62,587 nt of DNA, filler included, from Squatina squatina (GCA_031763465.1; 4 parts of 3 records of this genome joined end to end with filler, not necessarily neighbours in it), one strand, 5' to 3'. Numbered from the whole stretch's first letter, positions 24,246 to 37,760 are shown. Notes: generated by a model from the sequence alone, not told the origin. Numbers and translations are program-made.

Positions 24246-27200
24246 CCTGTTAGTGAAGATCCTTAGACCGCTGCTGGAACTCCATCTGGACTCTAATCCC
24301 ATCTGAATTCTTATGTATAGGCATGAAAGACCAGTGTCCTCTTCCTTACTGTGTGGCTCCTCACTTGAAAGGCTGCAAAAAGAAAAATTTGCCTGTCAGT
24401 GGAATGATTGTGGAAGCTCATTTCAATCCAGAGGGGAATATTCACAGTTCCAAATGTGAAAATCATGTTATTTTTCAACTGTGACAGCAACTGCTCATTA
24501 GAACAAAAATGATGTCTGTTTAACAGTTATTTCTGTGAAAATCTGCAGAAAAGCAACTTATTAAAGGATCTACCTTCAAAAGTAACTTCAAACAGCCCTG
24601 TATACATTTAAAAATATTACTTTAAATATTGGGGAAACTATTAGTTTCTAATTTTTTCATAGTATCACATTTGGAAAGCATGAACCCACCTACCGTATAT
24701 GACAATGAAATGAATTGCAGAAGATTAAAGAATATAAAGAATCTATAANNNNNNNNNNNNNNNNNNNNNNNNNNNNNNNNNNNNNNNNNNNNNNNNNNNN
24801 NNNNNNNNNGATTTTAAAAAATCTTACTGGAAAGCAAGCTGCAGTAAACACACAAGTGTTTCCTAGGAATTATACTGGTAAAATGAGTGCATACAGAGTT
24901 TTTTTCAGTAGGTATTACAACTGCAAGTGCAAATGGACCCACTTTCAATCAATGAGCAGGACTGTCCTCTAGCGCAAGCACCCGACATGTGGGACTGCGA
25001 CAGCAAACAAAGCTGCACAACCTGAGGAATACACATTCTGACCTGAGTCAACACACGGGTCAAAATTCATCAACACAGCAGCCCTACATAATATGAAAAA
25101 CAACTGATTCGAGAATAAACACCTGTGATCAGAGATATCTGGCTCCAACCTCTACTGTTAAAAAAAAGTTCTACTTAAACCCAATTTAACCCTTTCACTG
25201 ACACAAAATATTACGTTTGATTAGAGTTTGAATGAAACAATTCCAAAACTGGCTAAAGTGGCCTGACAGTATCAGCTAACACGAGTGCAAAATGTAATTT
25301 GTTTGTACTGCATAATTCTGTCCATGTTGGTGATCAAGAACAAGTTACTCTCAGCTCCAATGTAATGCTTTACACTTTAGTGAATTCTAATATCTCCAAA
25401 CACATTTTACTTGCATGATGATGACCACACAGAGCAGGTGATCTAGAATTCAATCAATACACTACTAAAATGGCACCTGANNNNNNNNNNNNNNNNNNNN
25501 NNNNNNNNNNNNNNNNNNNNNNNNNNNNNNNNNNNNNNNNNNNNNNNNNNNNNNNNNNNNNNNNNNNNNNNNNNNNNNNNNNNNNNNNNNNNNNNNNNNN
25601 NNNNNNNNNNNNNNNNNNNNNNNNNNNNNNNNNNNNNNNNNNNNNNNNNNNNNNNNNNNNNNNNNNNNNNNNNNNNNNNNNNNNNNNNNNNNNNNNNNNN
25701 NNNNNNNNNNNNNNNNNNNNNNNNNNNNNNNNNNNNNNNNNNNNNNNNNNNNNNNNNNNNNNNNNNNNNNNNNNNNNNNNNNNNNNNNNNNNNNNNNNNN
25801 NNNNNNNNNNNNNNNNNNNNNNNNNNNNNNNNNNNNNNNNNNNNNNNNNNNNNNNNNNNNNNNNNNNNNNNNNNNNNNNNNNNNNNNNNNNNNNNNNNNN
25901 NNNNNNNNNNNNNNNNNNNNNNNNNNNNNNNNNNNNNNNNNNNNNNNNNNNNNNCCTCATCTTAGAAGTAACAACTTGTATCTATTCTATTTATTGCCTT
26001 TCTATTTAAGGTGACATGAAATTATGGTGAGAAACATTATAGATCACATTCAGAATTGTGTAGCTATTTCAAAAACTACTACTTCAGGCTGTAAAAAATG
26101 CATGTGCTTTTTTCTACTTAAGAAACAAACAAACATACATACATTTATGGAATAATCTTATAAGATGCTATATATTGTGGCAAGTTTAAAAAATCATGTT
26201 TAGAAAAAGTACTGTACGAGTCTTAAGAAGTACCTCAAGTTGATTACAGCATTAGACATGCAATTTTTCTCCAGAATGTTCACATATTGGTTCCTTGCAA
26301 TAATACAGAAATATACAGCAATCCCTTACGGAGTTCCTGACACAGTGAAAGCTAGACTTTTTTTGAAAGGGAACTTTGTCTCCCTCCACAGACTACATTG
26401 GGGAGGAGCTGTCAAGCTAATCTGATTGATGGCCTCAATGCCACCCGCTCTTCAAGCCATTTTCACCTCATCACATACCTGCCCAAATTATTCTAAACAT
26501 GGGAAAGGCAGCTACGTTGAGAGAAGTACTGCATTCCTTCAAGCCAAAAAAAACTCTCCATGTAGTTTGCAAGTGAGCACTTGTTCTAGTGACTAATGTA
26601 ATTTAACTTCACAAAGGTTATCAAGTAGTCATTTTATTATTTTTCAGCCTCAGCTAATTTTTCTTTTTTGTTCCTTAAGGCCACCACAATGTAACATTCA
26701 AACAAAACATGAAATAAAAAGATACCACATTTTTGATTTCAAATATTACATTAAAAGCAATTTTTTGGCATACAATAACTGTCTGCAATCCAACACTGCT
26801 TGGTAGAATTACCTTTACTACCACAGCAAGAATATGACCCACGTTCCCCAGAGCAGGCGTGTGCACAGGATGAATTAAAGTAAGGAATGTGGGCTCCCCT
26901 GGGTAGTCTTCTAGAAACAGAGTTGTGCCAGGACTACTTAGATCCAACTGCCATAGGTCTCTGAGGAAAACTCGACTATTCGGGATCAATGAAAACATGA
27001 CCCAAACACACATATCCAACATGCGGCTCTCGCAGAATGAAAAAGGGTGTCCATTTCTCCAAATAACAACTTATTTAAAAAAAGGAAAAGTAAATTACAA
27101 GGGATTACAATCGTTCTGATGGTCTCTCTGAGAAAATAAAGACAGCAACAATACTAAAAGCAGAGACTGCAGCCCTAGTTCTGGATTCACTTCATTCACA

Positions 27201-28939
27201 AGCTCGTTGCAATCTCAAAAGCCTTGTGGTGTCTGTAAATCTTTCTCCCCCTCTCTCCCTCTTTGGTCACTCCCCCTGTTTGTAATCTGAACCTGTTCCT
27301 GAACCGAGCTTCATCATCAAACAAGCAGAGCAAACTGCCTCTGCCAATCAAATCAGTTTTCAGTAATGTTTAACTCTGGGGGCCAGGCTGCAACTCCTCT
27401 ACTTCACAGCATGTAGAACTTGGCACACAGTTTGCTGGCATGTCCCCCAACTCCATTTAGTCCCAACACATGAACAAACATTTGCAAGACTAGTAGCTGC
27501 TGCATTCATATAGCAAAATGAATGCAGAAACAGGAAGCAATGAAACACTGGGGCATTCACTGACATCTACCTATCAGTACTTCAGAAAGTAGCATTTTGG
27601 TTGCATAATGACAAGACAGACAACATTTTTCCTCTAACAGCAATTCAGGGAGTTTACTCCTTTGGACTAAAAGGACAGCAATCAATCAACAGCAGCTCAT
27701 TTGGCGAAATGACTTACTATTNNNNNNNNNNNNNNNNNNNNNNNNNNNNNNNNNNNNNNNNNNNNNNNNNNNNNNNNNNNNNNNNNNNNNNNNNNNNNNN
27801 NNNNNNNNNNNNNNNNNNNNNNNNNNNNNNNNNNNNNNNNNNNNNNNNNNNNNNNNNNNNNNNNNNNNNNNNNNNNNNNNNNNNNNNNNNNNNNNNNNNN
27901 NNNNNNNNNNNNNNNNNNNNNNNNNNNNNNNNNNNNNNNNNNNNNNNNNNNNNNNNNNNNNNNNNNNNNNNNNNNNNNNNNNNNNNNNNNNNNNNNNNNN
28001 NNNNNNNNNNNNNNNNNNNNNNNNNNNNNNNNNNNNNNNNNNNNNNNNNNNNNNNNNNNNNNNNNNNNNNNNNNNNNNNNNNNNNNNNNNNNNNNNNNNN
28101 NNNNNNNNNNNNNNNNNNNNNNNNNNNNNNNNNNNNNNNNNNNNNNNNNNNNNNNNNNNNNNNNNNNNNNNNNNNNNNNNNNNNNNNNNNNNNNNNNNNN
28201 NNNNNNNNNNNNNNNNNNNNNNNNNNNNNNNNNNNNNNNNNNNNNNNNNNNNNNNNNNNNNNNNNNNNNNNNNNNNNNNNNNNNNNNNNNNNNNNNNNNN
28301 NNNNNNNNNNNNNNNNNNNNNNNNNNNNNNNNNNNNNNNNNNNNNNNNNNNNNNNNNNNNNNNNNNNNNNNNNNNNNNNNNNNNNNNNNNNNNNNNNNNN
28401 NNNNNNNNNNNNNNNNNNNNNNNNNNNNNNNNNNNNNNNNNNNNNNNNNNNNNNNNNNNNNNNNNNNNNNNNNNNNNNNAAGAAGAGGTGGTAGATTGAA
28501 CATTCTCCAATAGTAAAGTGCAGATATATTCTGGAAGCGCAGGTCATCAATTTACCATTTAATTGGGATGCAAATGCATTTGTCATACTATTTCAAAAGC
28601 ATGAGTGGTGTCTCAATACAAGAAAAATGTTATATTAGTTACCCTGATTCTTTAACACCCCAACATCTCTTAAATGAGACAGGAGAACTCAATTCATCTT
28701 TCACCTCCTATTAGGATTGCATTTACAAATGCTCTTTATCAAGATACGAAGGCATGAATGCATGATTACTGATGCTATCATATACAATATTTAGCCAGAA
28801 ACACAACACAATTTTATCCTCCAAATTTTCTCACTTCCTCTGCTGAAAACTCAATCACCTAGGGTGATGCTTTAAAGAGCATTGCCCCCCTTCCCCTATT
28901 ATTTTGTCCAGTGTATCACTCTTTGTCATCAACAATAGA

Positions 28940-29185
28940 TAGTGAGCATGGGCAGACTATTCAACCATCAGAAACATCACAGTTCAACCCGATTCTATCC
29001 TCACCAAACATCCACATGACTCCGTTATCTGGCAGAACTCACTGAATACCACTAGCCGATTACTTTCCCTCCCATAACCCAGTGACGTGGAGGTCAACTG
29101 GTACAGTCTCCAGTCCCCACCACCACCTGGCTCTGGTCAGTTATCGCAACACAGATCAGGTTTCGAACCTGGGATCGGCCTGGAT
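28940..29185 (-). mobile_element. tRNA-derived SINE, second family
   Basis: Reverse strand begins CCCAGGTTCGAAACCTGATCTGTG (B box GGTTCGAAACC). Body colinear with 22436-22700. Confidence 0.55.
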
Positions 29186-31719
29186 CACTTTACAATGAAA
29201 TTATTATTAAAAGCGTTTAAAACCAAAAACAAAATGCATCATAAAACACAGATTCACTGTTTTATGAGCCAAAAATTCAGGTTACAAAGTGCTCCAAAAG
29301 CATAATGGTATTATATAGTAAGTACCTTGTATCACTCTCAGAAGGGCTAATTTAGCCAGGCTTTAGCATGCTGTAAAGAACAGAACTAATTTTTCCCTCA
29401 GCTTCAAGCCTACAGTGGCAGAATCTGCCACTACATTATCTAAACAGTCAAGCTACTTTAAAATACCCAGCCAATGGTGCCAGAATGTCTGAGCCGGAGC
29501 CGATTCTCTCACAGAATAAATACTGTGCCTTTTATACCACAATTAATTACTTCAAAGTACATTTTGACAGTATGGGAGTATGTGGAAAAATGAACAAGGG
29601 AGGAGTCTTCAAAATGCAAACTATTTCTAAATATTGCTAGTTTGTATTGAGCACTGTGTGCTTTTGGACCCATTGCCTGTGGTCTCAAGATCCTTTGGAG
29701 CTACCCTAGTCTAAAACCAATCAGCAGCTATATATTGAAACAATTTTAAGAGTTACTGAAATGCAGTGTAACCGTCATACTAAGCTGACTACGCAAGTTG
29801 GCAGTGACAGTGTTAATAACTTAAAAAGTAAATTACAGGATGCAAGTTATAGGTTTATATGATAGCACATTCCAACCGCAGACAGTAAACATTAGCTATT
29901 TTTAATAAAACAGCACATAAAATATACTTGAATGTGATCTACCACAGAGGCTGNNNNNNNNNNNNNNNNNNNNNNNNNNNNNNNNNNNNNNNNNNNNNNN
30001 NNNNNNNNNNNNNNNNNNNNNNNNNNNNNNNNNNNNNNNNNNNNNNNNNNNNNGAAATGGGTAGATAGGGGAGCAGGCCCTCGGTATAGTTTTTTGGCAG
30101 CCTTCCTTTGAATTTCAAAATAAATTGACTTTGCTAGCCAGTTGCGGCAGCACGATGGGATAAGAATGCACCGCGCAGGTGTGTATTTTCATCCTATTAT
30201 TGCAGCGACAGGAGATCTCAATCTGAATTGGGACTTTGTGTCGCAGGGAGTGTCTTCGCCGAGAGTGGAAAGCGGAAACTGTGTCACCAGATCCACTATC
30301 ACAGGTTCCCCTCGTGATTGAGTGACACTGGCACAGGCACAGCAGTGGAAATGTAGCCTTGAAGAATTGCTCTTTGTTTTGTCTCGGAGTCAGAATCTTT
30401 CCTGCCCCAGCCTCTCAAAACAAATCTATGTCCTTTTTTGATTGGCTGCTGCAAAGGAACATTACTTTGGATCATTTCCCCAGCTTCCTGGTCATCCTCT
30501 CATCAAACAAACATCTTAAAATGTTAATATACTTAATGTCGGATGCAAATTTTGATGATCATCAAAATTATGGCAAATTAAACCCACAATTATGCTAATG
30601 TCTAGTTAACTTCTACCCTTTGCTATATCCCAGTGAAAATCTAAATAATCCACACCACATTTGGCAGAAGGTTTTAATCACAGGACTACGCTTAATATGA
30701 ACAAATACACAGCCCTCCAGAGACTACCTGAACTGCAGCATTAGTTTTTTTTCAGAAACCGATAGCACAATAATGTCAGATTCCACTCAGGCAAAATAAT
30801 TTAGTCCAATAATAAATAACTGGCCAAACCAAACCAGATGTGGTTACCATCAATCTGATCAGCCTACTAATACTTCACAGCAAATATACACGGCCATCTT
30901 ATCAGACATATAACGTGGTGTCAGGACAGCTTGCTTTGTCTTGCAACAAATATTTCTGGGGAGAAAAGNNNNNNNNNNNNNNNNNNNNNNNNNNNNNNNN
31001 NNNNNNNNNNNNNNNNNNNNNNNNNNNNNNNNNNNNNNNNNNNNNNNNNNNNNNNNNNNNNNNNNNNNATGGTAAAGGAAAGCTAAGCAAGTTATGTTAG
31101 TCACAATTCCTACAGTTAAAAAGTGGGTAGAGATGTTTGCAAATTCTATTAAATTCTACTCAGGAAATCTGCAAGTTGTTGATTCTACTTCACTCAACAT
31201 GTGATGGCGTGCAGATTCTCTACATGTATAATAAGGTTTGTCATAAATGGGGCTTGAAGCTTTCATGCGCCAAGTCCTTCCAATGGTGAAACAGTCCATA
31301 CCTTTGGTATGTGCTGGAAGCCTAAGCAGTGCTCACAGCGACTGAATATTGATTGAATAAACTTGCCTGGAAAAGAATGCAGTGACTTGTTTAAATATTT
31401 CAATAAATCACAGAAAGGGGTCTTTGCGGTTCTGCAGTCCACCTCCCAAAATAATTTATGAGGTGATTTCCTGTCAAGTAATCCAAACAGTCTTGATGCT
31501 ATATTTTATCATACAAATAAACACCGAATGTGTCAGAAAACCCCCTTGACTCAACCATTCTCCAAATGTTTACACACACACTACCCATGATAAAATCCAC
31601 TTTCAGCTCTTTTCCAAAACTTACATCAGATCGGAAACTAATGGCCTGGTTTCTTAGCAAAGCCTGGAACAAAAATCTTTAAATGATGGAATTAAGCAGA
31701 GTTTGATGCACAAACCTTT

Positions 31720-32070
31720 TAAAAAATAAACAGTTGTGTGCGTGGAAATGAAATCCTCCAACGACCACTGGTTAGGTCGCATGTAGACTTGGTTATCCTG
31801 AACACAGCAGGCCCGAGGCCGGCTCTGTTCAAGGCAGCCCATTTTAGGGAAGGTGTCCTGAAACAGGCATTAGGCCTCCTATTTGCATATGCAAAGGGTC
31901 TAAAGCCTGTTTCAGGCACGGGCCCTGGATGCCTACACTTTAGCCTTCACCAATATAGCGGGTGGTACACATCCGATGCATAATGCGCACGCCGTCCACC
32001 ATAGTGGACACTTAGGCATCCGTTTTAGACCTATAAAACAAGCACAGCGTCAACTAATTTCTAGACCATA
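31720..32070. mobile_element. GC-rich MITE-like element with internal hairpins
   Basis: Abrupt CpG-rich block with inverted repeats at 31800-31830 and 31857-31916. Ends AATTTCTAGACC, similar to other element termini in the window. Confidence 0.45.
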
Positions 32071-34355
32071 ATCTCTTCCAATATTTTGTAACAACTAGAC
32101 ACACCANNNNNNNNNNNNNNNNNNNNNNNNNNNNNNNNNNNNNNNNNNNNNNNNNNNNNNNNNNNNNNNNNNNNNNNNNNNNNNNNNNNNNNNNNNNNNN
32201 NNNNNNCGTGTACATGTAGAGATCATCTGTACATCATCACATATTAACTGAAGCTGGATCAACAGCGTGCAGATTTCCTGAATTCAATTAATACGGATGG
32301 CAATTGTGATGAAATTGAGAAACCAATTAGGACAACTAGAACATGTATATAGTTTCACAGACCCAGGAAATGTTAGTTCTCAGCTGCAAAATAATTCACC
32401 ATTGTACTCTCCTGTTAAACTATTGTGTTGTAATTATTATGTAGTCATGGAACAAATCTCAGTCTTCAATTAATATAATTTCTGTATTACTTTTAAACAG
32501 AGTATACATTAAATATATGTAGGCTGCATACACCATAACCTCTCCGATTTCTAGCCAAGTCAATGATATGTTTCCACAGCAAAGGCAGCCCTAACTTCAA
32601 AGGAGATTCAAATTTCCCACACTCTGGGGACCCAGCTCATCGGTCACCACACTCCCTTCAGTGCGGAAAATTTGATTAAATATGCTGCAGAGTGGAGCAA
32701 GAGACCAACATTATAGATTGTGGAAAAAAATTCTTCTGTATATATTTCTACTATATTTGCCATTGTACTGGCATTGACGTTTGGCTCCCACTCACTGAGC
32801 TCTGGGTACAGGCTGATTACTATATTTTCCAATCGCATATGCAAACTTCACTAATTTCAGCCAGAAGTTGATACAATTTAAGGCTCAATGCCCCATCCAC
32901 CTTTTAAGATATTTTTTAAAAAACATTTACTTTTGATTCATAGTATCAAAAGAAAAGAACTTTCAGGCCATTCAGTCCATCATGACTGTGGTGGTTCAAG
33001 CCCCAGCTTGCAGCTATTTACTCTAATCCTATTTCTCGGCTATTTCCCCCATACCCTTTCTAGTATTTTTCTTCTTTAAGTGTTAATCTAATTCAATTCA
33101 CAGTTACTTGTATCTAACACAAAAAAAGTTTGTAATTATTCTCATTTTTAAAATATAATTAGAAATATGTAACAAAAACTGGATGAGGTCATTTTATGTT
33201 ATTTAAGTTCCTGTTTTATAAAAACTTTTATTCAAATCCCTTTATTACCACTCCAGCATGTGCGTGACTGAGGCATCTTTCCTAACTGATGTACCTTAGT
33301 ACCCACATCATAGCTATCCATCTTTCTCTATTCAACACCACCATTTCCTCCTTGATTTCAGTGAGAACCAGAAATGCTGCCAGAAATACCCCAGAAACCA
33401 AACTATCTCACTCTAGTTAATATAGAGGTTTATGTTTCACACTGGAGGTGATGTTAGGGTAGCCACACTTCTCAGGGAGGAAACAGCAATGTTTAACATA
33501 GAGACATCCAAATAACCAAGATTGTAGAGACCCAAGACGAACTGACAGGAGATAGGTTACCTAATTATGCTTTGGCATAAAGAAGTAAATGAGAAGAACT
33601 GAGTGCAATGGTAAGAAATGTAGGCCGGATGCAAAGGACTATGTGATTCAAGAAAGAAAATGATGTGCTGTTTCAGAATGGTCTCATAAAATTAGCGACA
33701 ATTGAAAGATATGAGTGGGGCAAAAACATGACTATTACAACTTAGGACAAAGTAAGGTTATCCTTGTTTTACAGGTCATCCCAATGTCATTAAATGCAGA
33801 TGCAGCTAAAGAAGTTTGCTGTAATCTTTGGTATAGACATATTCATGGAGGTTTTGAAAGCGATGCAAACAGAAAATCTATGACAAAGATTTAACGTTAA
33901 ACTCTTCAAAAATGTGGCCATCTTCAATGCTTTTTACAAATTGGAACTTCTCAATTTCAATCAAGAAAATATTCCTAAGATTTTTATTTGTTCATTTATT
34001 TAAATCCATACCTCATTATCGGCCTTTTCCGACCAGCTGACTTACTTCGACACTAATCTTCCCAGCCTTGGTTCTCCCAACTACTCACCCCTGATTGGCT
34101 ACCAATCACTTAACAGGCTCCTGTCTTTGGTTCTCTCAGCCTGCTTCACTTTGGTCATTCACTCCATTAGAAAATTTACCTCTACCTGCCTGATATCCCT
34201 GTAATCCCCTCTCCTCCACTTGCACTGACCTCTCCATCCATCCTCTGTCCCTGCTCCTCAACCATTTTCCTGATCCACTGACTGCTTCCTCTTTTGCCTT
34301 GTTAAATCACTTGCAACTGTATTTGCCGAATATATATGGTGCTGAACCAACTGAC

Positions 34356-34442
34356 TGCTGAAAATACTCAGCGGGTCAGCCAGCATCTGTGCAGAGAGCA
34401 GACATAACATTTTGGGTACGGACTTTATTCAGAATTGTTATA
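34356..34442 (-). mobile_element. Penelope-like element remnant with decayed hammerhead core
   Basis: TGCTGAAAATACTCAGCGGGTCAGCCAGCATCTGTGCAGAGAG aligns with 61367-61410. The core reads CTGAATA...CAAAATGTT on the - strand (mutated). Confidence 0.65.
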
Positions 34443-35189
34443 NNNNNNNNNNNNNNNNNNNNNNNNNNNNNNNNNNNNNNNNNNNNNNNNNNNNNNNNNN
34501 NNNNNNNNNNNNNNNNNNNNNNNNNNNNNNNNNNNNNNNNNNAAAACCCCTTGGCCTGCAGAGCAGTCTGAAAGTGCACTGAGAAAGTTTCATTTGTAAT
34601 ATTAATCATGTTACAACCTTGGGTTGAGGTGTGAGTAGAGGATGGTGACTGCTAAACTAGCAGGACAGTCATAATAATATAATGCGTCAATTTAAAAAAA
34701 AATTCAAGCTCGTGTTCAAAGGAACACATTCATATCAAAACAAATATCTGTTTCCATGGGGATGGAAAACTTACAAAACCTTCTTCAGTTAATTTCAAAC
34801 ACATGCCCCTGAGAAAGAGTTGAACACAAGCCAGAATGCACTGAAGCTTGTTCTCTTGAGCATTACTCTGTAATCCTCAGGACTTCCATAACAGTAGTTT
34901 TAATTTTACATTTTAGGGTTTAGGGAATCTAAATGTAAAAATATCCTGTCAATTCACAATGCTAGATTCAATAACTCCTCCCAGCTAGCATCCCCCAGTA
35001 AAGCAATACTCATGAATACAATAACATTTAAAGCAAAATATTCCCCACACTCGATAGAAAAAGGCAAACAATAAAAACATTCTTTTGAAACATTTGTTTT
35101 TGAAAAGGGATGCTGAAGGTGAAAATCCTTCCTTACGTGACACTATATTGGACGCCAGTTTCACTGTGGTAAAATACAGTAGTAATTTT

Positions 35190-35345
35190 CCATGCGTGAG
35201 CTGGTGCAGTCAACGTCAGCATGCTATTTGATCATGAGCCATTGCAGACAAAACAATTTCTGTCTTCATCCAACATCCATCTACTGCACAACCAATAGGG
35301 GTCACTGGACAGTAAGCAAGGATGGGAATCCCTCCGAACATCAGA
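35190..35345 (-). mobile_element. tRNA-derived SINE, second family, internal fragment
   Basis: GCATGCTATTTGATC, TTCTGTCTTCATCCAACATCCA and GGGGTCACTGGA resemble GCAGACTATTCAACC, TTCTATCCTCACCAAACATCCA and GAACTCACTGAA in the 28940 copy. Confidence 0.5.
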
Positions 35346-36616
35346 GACACCCGACGCAAAGTATTTCTGCATTTATATTTTATTAGTGAATTCACTGACT
35401 AATGTAGCCAGTCCTGTTTCCAGGTCAGTTGGAACGAGATATTACTGTTGCACGTTACATTGTCAGGGAAACAAATGCCAAGCTGTAGCCTGCTCAGCCT
35501 GCCTTGCAAAATGTCACGCTGATAAAGTTAAGAAACTGTTTCTTGATCTGCAATTATAATTTTAAAAATATAAATGTAAATTTTTAAAAATATACTTTTA
35601 CTAGTGGTTGTTCTGTGGTATTATTCATTGTCAGAGGATATGCTGTTTTAAGATGCAATTTATTATAATTATATGATGGAAGTATTATACTGCTGCTAAA
35701 TTGAAGCAAATATGCAATTTGGCCTATCTATTTAAGGGCACAAAGTCCAATTGCTGTAAATAAGCAGAACCAGAGAGAAATTAGACAGTGATTGTTTCTT
35801 TATACTTTGGCAACAGCAGGAAATGATTGGCTTTCTTCTTTTCCATTTTGTTAAAAGATTATTCTGCATAAGTAAATTGTGATACATCAGATACGATGAG
35901 AGACAGAGTTAATTGTTGGATTGTAAATTGTACAGTTGAAATTTGAACAATTTTATTGCATATTAGTGTTAAAACAAGGCATACAGCTCCTTCAGATATA
36001 TATCCTAAGTTGGTACTTAAAATTGGCTGGGGCCCAGGGGCATCTCTGCTTCCCTCCGCAAGAGATGTGTCCCGCAGGGGTAGTGGGGTAGTGGAAAGGT
36101 TTATCTTTATAATATTGCTGCTTATTCAAAGAGGTTCTCTGTATGGCTCACAAAACCATCCATTACAAGTTTGGGTCTTGCCTTGGGTATCCTCTTGGGT
36201 GTAGCAGTGCAGGTCACTTCCGTCAATAGTATGAGCTTATGTTTAGAGATGTGCTTCTACTTCCCAATAACTAACTGGATATTTGAGTCTTTTGCATGTA
36301 CCCCATGTATGACTCTTCAATCTATGTGAGGATGAAGGAGAAAATATGTAGTGAGACATGGCTAGATATGAATTGTTAAGCTGCTTAATTTCACAGAAGC
36401 AAGTAAACATACAGAGCAATAGTTATGATTGGACTCACTTAATTCAATCCGTACAATGTGTCTTTGCAATAATACTGCAAAATAATGAATCATGATTTCC
36501 CACATCATTGGATTGTCTTGCTTGATTTAAGCAAACTAACTCCTAACTACACTCCTGCATTCAAACCGTGAGCCTGCCCAACAGCTTTTATGTGTGTATT
36601 TCAGTCCTTATTTTTA

Positions 36617-36716
36617 NNNNNNNNNNNNNNNNNNNNNNNNNNNNNNNNNNNNNNNNNNNNTTAATTAATTAANNNNNNNNNNNNNNNNNNNNNNNNNNNN
36701 NNNNNNNNNNNNNNNN
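36617..36716. other. Artificial scaffold-joining spacer
   Basis: 44 N + TTAATTAATTAA (36661-36672) + 44 N. Confidence 0.97.
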
Positions 36717-36944
36717 ATTCTGGGAGAAGTGTGCCTGTGAGCTAACTCCACATGTATTCACTATTAAATTTGACTCCCTTATTGCGGCAGCTTATTATTT
36801 GAGCCACACTCTAACCTGATGCTGTACCAGGGTCATATTGCACAGCAGGTCGTTGTATTTATATTCGTCATCTGGACTTGGTGCCTTTACTTGGCTCCAA
36901 ATGTTGCAGTCAGTACAAGTCTCAGGCCCATTATTGCTGTGTAG

Positions 36945-37250
36945 GATCACTTAGCTTCCCCACTATTATTCATACCAGGTCCAGAGCTCCAGGCAGTTAA
37001 AATTAGGCATGATTCCAAAGTCAAGTGGTAATTACAGGAGGTGACCTTGTCTGACAATGATATCCTGCTGTTGTTTTTATTAAACACACCAAAATTGATA
37101 TGGAACGTTCTAAGTACAGTTGAAAAATTTGGAATTACTTTGGAATACCACATTAATTGGTCAAAGTGTGAGGCTTTTTACAAGTTTAGGGTCAGCCTTA
37201 GATATCCTCTTATATGCAGTCATTCCCATCTTGCCTGTACCAATATTTAA
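36945..37250 (+). mobile_element. Ancient L1-clade LINE RT remnant
   Basis: LASPLLFIPGPELQAVKIRHDSKVK ... LSDNDILLLFLLNTPKLIWNVLSTVEKFGITLEYHINWSKCEAF, a decayed form of the L1 motifs PLSPLLF...YADDILLFL...FG..SGYKINWSKSE. Confidence 0.7.
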
Positions 37251-37316
37251 GTACATGATAGCATAACCCAGGGTGTAACAAGAGGAAGCTCTTGTGATCT
37301 GAACTGGATAGTGTAA

Positions 37317-37760
37317 GGGCGATTTTAACCAGGCCCACTCAGCGGAAACTGTGCGGGCAGGTAGTTAAAAGTGCTTGTGGGGCTCACTCACCGATGTCCC
37401 ACACTGATCCCTCAGGCTCCAATTTTAACCTGCTCATCTAAGCAGGCGAGAGGGACAACTACCAGAAACCGGCAAAGCCCTTCTTTAAATATTCAGATTG
37501 GGCTCCGATGACAACATCAGGGCCTGACTGTTATTTTAACTGTGGGNNNNNNNNNNNNNNNNNNNNNNNNNNNNNNNNNNNNNNNNNNNNNNNNNNNNNN
37601 NNNNNNNNNNNNNNNNNNNNNNNNNNNNNNNNNNNNNNNNNNNNNNAAGAATTTAAATGTAGCCGTGAAAACTTTAAGTTATAAAATGTAAAGACTTCCT
37701 TTCAAGGTGGCTCAGGATCCATTCTGGCCTTGAACAATGGAGCCCACTAAAAATAGGCCC
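37317..37760. mobile_element. Non-autonomous DNA transposon (Harbinger-like MITE), gap inside
   Basis: Left end TAA|GGGCGATTTTAAC and right end CTAAAAATAGGCCC form imperfect TIRs. GC-rich interior. Confidence 0.45.

Noticed and set aside
34395-34440. Second functional hammerhead
   Set aside because: Core residues are mutated (CUGAAUA, AAAA) and stems are disrupted, so it is counted only as a decayed copy.
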